From Deltaproteobacteria bacterium (GTDB taxonomy: Bacteria > Myxococcota_A > Polyangia > DRWM01), in assembly GCA_019310245.1 (NCBI GenBank), contig JAFDER010000023.1, forward strand, positions 1 to 18,802: a stretch of 18,802 bases of DNA, read 5' to 3'. Below the pieces are notes generated by a model that was not told the origin of the DNA, made no database searches, and saw nothing but the letters and a program-made list of their open reading frames with translations. Positions 15,831 to 18,802 of the stretch are shown in pieces. The translations under genes and the position numbers were made by a program. Each line of letters begins with the position of its first letter. Within the stretch, counting starts at the first letter, position 1.

Positions 15831-16780
15831 GCGTTCTCCTCGAGCCCGAGCACGTGCCCGCGGCTCACGATGGCGTTGCGGAGCCTGCCCGAGGCCGCCG
15901 CGCCGTCCCACACGACGCAGCCCTCGAGATCCGCACCGTCCTCGACGCGGACGTCGTCGCCCAGGATGACGTCGCGGCCGATGCGGGCGCCGTCCCCGAT
16001 CACCACATTCTCTCCGATGAGGCGCGAGTCCTCGACCCGGGCGCGAGGCGCGAGGCGGCCGGCACGGCCGCCCAGGATGTCGAGGTTGCAGCCAAGGTAC
16101 TCCGCCGGCGTGCCGATGTCGCTCCAGAACCCCTCGTGCACATGCGCGGCGATGGGCAGGCCCTTCTCGAGCATGGAAAAGAACGTCTCGCGCACCACGC
16201 ACCCCGAGGCGGGGAGCAGCCGCTGGGCCTCGGGGCCCATCACGTGGATGCCCGCAAAGACCAGGGGGGCCTCGTCGGGTGACGGCTCGGGATGCGTCCT
16301 GGCACGCCGGCCCACGATGGAGGTCACGAGCCCGTCCCGAGCGGTCACGGTGCCGTAGCGTGCGTGGTCGGGGCGAGGGACGAGCGCGAGCGTGACCGGG
16401 GCGCCGGCCCTCTCGTGCGACTCGAGAAGCTCGGCCAGGTCCACGTCGCTGACGACGTCGCCGTTGACCACGACAAGGGGACCGGGGTCGAGGAGATCGA
16501 GTGCGCGGCGCGTGCCGCCTCCCGTGCCGAGGATCCGCTCGTGCTCGTGGGAGTAGACGATGTCGATGCCGAGCTCCGAGCCGTCGCCCAGGGCCTCCTG
16601 AACCCGGTCGGGCAGATGATGCAGATTCACGGCCACGTCACGAATCGATGCCGCCGACAGGGCGCCCGCGGCCCAGGCGGCGGCAGGCAGGTTCGCGACG
16701 GGCACGACGGCCTTTGGCCTCTCGAGGGTGAGCGGCCGCAGGCGGGTGCCGAGGCCCGCGGCAAGGATCATGCCGTTCAT
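15827..16780 (-). CDS. NDP-sugar pyrophosphorylase (sugar-phosphate nucleotidyltransferase with C-terminal hexapeptide/LbH region)
   Basis: Track ORF 15827..16936 trimmed to ATG 16780. MNGMILAAGLGTRLRPLT carries the G-x-G-T-R-x-x-P-L-T signature. The C-terminus has hexapeptide repeats (IGENVVIGDGARIGRDVILGDDVRVEDGADL). Sugar specificity cannot be assigned from sequence. Confidence 0.8.
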   Translation of the reverse strand: MNGMILAAGLGTRLRPLTLERPKAVVPVANLPAAAWAAGALSAASIRDVAVNLHHLPDRVQEALGDGSELGIDIVYSHEHERILGTGGGTRRALDLLDPGPLVVVNGDVVSDVDLAELLESHERAGAPVTLALVPRPDHARYGTVTARDGLVTSIVGRRARTHPEPSPDEAPLVFAGIHVMGPEAQRLLPASGCVVRETFFSMLEKGLPIAAHVHEGFWSDIGTPAEYLGCNLDILGGRAGRLAPRARVEDSRLIGENVVIGDGARIGRDVILGDDVRVEDGADLEGCVVWDGAAASGRLRNAIVSRGHVLGLEENA

Positions 16781-16787
16781 GCAGGGA

Positions 16788-17579
16788 TCAGGAGGCCTTG
16801 TCGCCCAGGTAGCGGATGAGGACCACCGTGATGTTGTCCACGCCGCCGTGCTCGTTCGCGATCTCGACGAGCTGCGAAGAACAGACCGACAGGTCGGCGC
16901 CGTGCTGGTCGATGATGGCCCCCATCTCGGGGTCATCGATCATCCCGGAGAGCCCGTCGGAGCAGAGCATGAACACGTCGCCCGGCCTGGGAACGTCGAA
17001 CTGCGTGTCCACCTTGACGGTCTCCTTCATCCCGAGGGCCCGCACGATCACGTTCTTGTGCGGGAACTTCTCTATCTCCTCGGGTGTGAGCTTCTTCATC
17101 TTCATGTAGTCGTTGAGCAGGGAGTGATCCTCCGTCATCTGCTCGAACTTGCCGTCGCGGTGGCGGTAGATGCGCGAGTCGCCCACGTGGGCGACGTAGA
17201 TGCCCTCGGGGACGAGGAACACGGCGGTGACGGTCGTGCCCATCCCCCTGTACTTGGCCTCGGCCTGGGCGGCTTCGAAGATCCTCAGGTTCGCCAGCTT
17301 CACGCTCGTGATGAGCCGGTTCTCCTCGTACTTGCGCGTCTTGTCCATCTTGTACGGCCAGGTGGCGTCCGGATCCTCGCCCGTGGCCTGGAAGAAGCTG
17401 CGGATCGTCTCGATGGCCAGCTGGCTCGCCACCTCTCCGGACGCATGACCCCCCATGCCGTCCGCAACGAGGTAGAGATTCTCCTCCTCGATGATGGTGA
17501 AGCTGTCCTCGTTGTGGGACCGCTTGCGGCCGACATTCGTCTCGCCTGCAACCTGTACAGGAATGCGCTCGGTTGGCAC
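16788..17579 (-). CDS. PP2C-family Ser/Thr protein phosphatase (about 263 aa)
   Basis: Track ORF 16788..17693 trimmed to GTG 17579, with GAGG 6 nt upstream and AT-richer sequence further upstream. Motifs are GRKRSHNEDS, VADGMGGH, LCSDGLSGM and DNITVVLI. Confidence 0.85.
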   Translation of the reverse strand: MPTERIPVQVAGETNVGRKRSHNEDSFTIIEEENLYLVADGMGGHASGEVASQLAIETIRSFFQATGEDPDATWPYKMDKTRKYEENRLITSVKLANLRIFEAAQAEAKYRGMGTTVTAVFLVPEGIYVAHVGDSRIYRHRDGKFEQMTEDHSLLNDYMKMKKLTPEEIEKFPHKNVIVRALGMKETVKVDTQFDVPRPGDVFMLCSDGLSGMIDDPEMGAIIDQHGADLSVCSSQLVEIANEHGGVDNITVVLIRYLGDKAS

Positions 17580-17613
17580 GTGGAGCCTCGTTTTCCTTAA
17601 CGAAACCAAGACA

Positions 17614-17642
17614 TTTCTAGCACAGAGGCAGACAAGCGGCAA
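17614..17642 (-). promoter_or_regulatory. candidate promoter of the PP2C operon
   Basis: On the minus strand: TTGCCG (17637-17642), a 17-nt spacer, then TAGAAA (17614-17619), about 35 nt upstream of GTG 17579. Confidence 0.3.
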
Positions 17643-17685
17643 GCATGGAATTGCCACGGTCAAGCGGCCGGCCGTCGGACGAGGA

Positions 17686-17714
17686 TTGCACACCCGGTGA
17701 GGACGGAGTACAAA
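17686..17714 (+). promoter_or_regulatory. candidate promoter of the spermidine-synthase-like gene
   Basis: TTGCAC (17686-17691), a 17-nt spacer, then TACAAA (17709-17714). A T-rich leader and GAGG (17730-17733) precede TTG 17741. The match to consensus is weak. Confidence 0.2.
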
Positions 17715-17740
17715 AGGGTTTCTTTTTTCGAGGCGGTACT

Positions 17741-18802
17741 TTGCGCATTGTGATCTACCTCTGCTTCCTGTTCAGCGGCGCCACGGGACTCATCTTCGAG
17801 AACCTCTGGGTCAGGATGCTCACCCTTGTGTTCGGATCGACGTCGCTCGCGGTCAGCTCGGTGCTCACGGCCTACATGGGAGGCCTCGCGCTGGGCTCCT
17901 GGCTCTTCGGCCGCTGGGCCGACAGGATCAAGAACGCCCTGAGGGCCTATGCCCTCATCGAGCTCTGTGTCGGCGTGCTCGCCCTGCTCATTCCGCTCGT
18001 GGTCCAGGGCCTCTACCCGCACATCAACTCCTGGCTGTGGTCCAGCTTCGAGCCGGGGTTCTTCGCCTTCTCCTTCCTCAGGTTCCTCTTCTCGGTCATC
18101 CTGCTGATCGTGCCCACGACGCTCATGGGGGGCACGCTGCCCATCCTGAGCAAGGTCCTCATCCGGACCGAGCAGGAGATGGGCACCGTGGGCTCCCGCA
18201 TCGGGTGGCTCTACACGGCGAACACGACCGGGGCCGTGCTCGGAACGTTCCTGTGCGGCTTCGTGCTCCTGCCGTCGATCGGCCTGAGACTCACGAACAT
18301 CTCCGCATCCGCGGTCAACGTGTTGGTCCTCGGCCTCGGCCTCCTGCTCGTCTGCGGGTTCATCCACAGGTGGTTCGAGTCCGCGCGCAACCTCGCGAGG
18401 GAGATGGCCGAGGCGGCGCGTTCGGCACTCGATGCGCCGGAGGAGCCGCCGGCGCCGGCCCTGGTGCTCACGCCGCTGCAACGCATCTTCGTGCTCGTCG
18501 CGTTCGGGCTCAGCGGCCTGTCCGCCATGAACTACCAGGTCATCTGGTCACGCGTGCTGAGCATGGTGATCGGATCGAGCGTGTACGCGTTCGCCCTCAT
18601 CCTGATGGCCTTCCTCGTGGGCATCGCCCTGGGCTCGAGCATCATGAGCACGATTCTCAGGAAGCGCCGTACGCGCAACCTGATCGTGTGGCTCGCCTTC
18701 GTCCAGCTGGGGATCGCGACAATGGCCGTGGCCGACTACTTCTTCGTGGACCAGTATCCGTACTGGTTTGCGCGGCTCGTCACCGGCGTCGAGGACTTCC
18801 AC
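17741..18802 (+). CDS. fused spermidine-synthase-like polytopic membrane protein, N-terminal part (3' end beyond the window)
   Basis: This gene is not in the supplied ORF track because it has no in-window stop. My translation from TTG 17741 (GTG 17750 is an alternative) is open for all 354 codons. It reads (M)RIVIYLCFLFSGATGLIFENLWVRMLTLVFGSTSLAVSSVLTAYMGGLALGSWLFGRWADR..., with a second copy of the motif at ...LSGLSAMNYQVIWSRVLSMVIGSSVYAFALILMAFLVGIALGS. That duplicated motif is characteristic, as I recall, of fused MFS/spermidine-synthase family proteins. GC3 bias is very high. Confidence 0.7.
   Translation, partial: MRIVIYLCFLFSGATGLIFENLWVRMLTLVFGSTSLAVSSVLTAYMGGLALGSWLFGRWADRIKNALRAYALIELCVGVLALLIPLVVQGLYPHINSWLWSSFEPGFFAFSFLRFLFSVILLIVPTTLMGGTLPILSKVLIRTEQEMGTVGSRIGWLYTANTTGAVLGTFLCGFVLLPSIGLRLTNISASAVNVLVLGLGLLLVCGFIHRWFESARNLAREMAEAARSALDAPEEPPAPALVLTPLQRIFVLVAFGLSGLSAMNYQVIWSRVLSMVIGSSVYAFALILMAFLVGIALGSSIMSTILRKRRTRNLIVWLAFVQLGIATMAVADYFFVDQYPYWFARLVTGVEDFH

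Noticed and set aside
17660-18802. Minus-strand ORFs 17660..18481, 18013..18201, 18211..18528 and 18548..18802.
   Set aside because: They are antisense to the open plus-strand membrane-protein frame. Their sequences are charged and low in complexity (RRRR, EEEE runs) and have no domain content.

Overview
This is a GC-rich bacterial chromosomal segment with strong third-position GC bias in real genes and AT-rich intergenic islands. I support 18 protein-coding genes and found no rRNA, tRNA, CRISPR array, transposase or integrase. The content is dominated by cell-envelope and signalling functions. It includes several lipoproteins, a Hanks-type Ser/Thr kinase, a PP2C phosphatase, TPR/HEAT proteins and an AgmX/PglI-tail-like lipoprotein. 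That mix suggests a Myxococcota-like (deltaproteobacterial-type) host, which is inference only.

Gene order:
- Cys-rich lipoprotein (+).
- Translationally coupled HEAT/TPR and SWIM zinc-finger pair (-).
- Small lipoprotein (+).
- TPR protein (-).
- MepA-like LAS metallopeptidase (+).
- Ser/Thr kinase (-).
- Secreted beta-propeller (-).
- Six-gene operon (+): ABC ATPase, ABC-2 permease, GldG-like auxiliary protein, DUF4340-like protein, an orphan protein and an AgmX-tail lipoprotein.
- Three-gene operon (-): PP2C phosphatase, NDP-sugar pyrophosphorylase and a small lipoprotein.
- A 3'-truncated fused spermidine-synthase-like membrane protein (+), which is absent from the supplied ORF track.

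Structure not explained by the genes:
- A family of about 30-bp palindromic elements (core CCCTGAGCCTGTCGAAGGG) sits at all four convergent junctions between the annotated genes. One further copy is embedded in-frame in the peptidase gene.
- Three ATGA stop/start overlaps indicate translational coupling.
- Two divergent gene pairs appear to share overlapping -10-like AT cores.
- A single in-frame TGA separates the DUF4340-like gene from the orphan gene.

The best candidates for an undescribed system are the SWIM + HEAT/TPR pair and the extended ABC-2/GldG/DUF4340 operon with its two extra genes. I could not identify either with a characterised system from sequence alone. Many long ORFs in the track are antisense shadow ORFs typical of high-GC DNA, and I rejected them.
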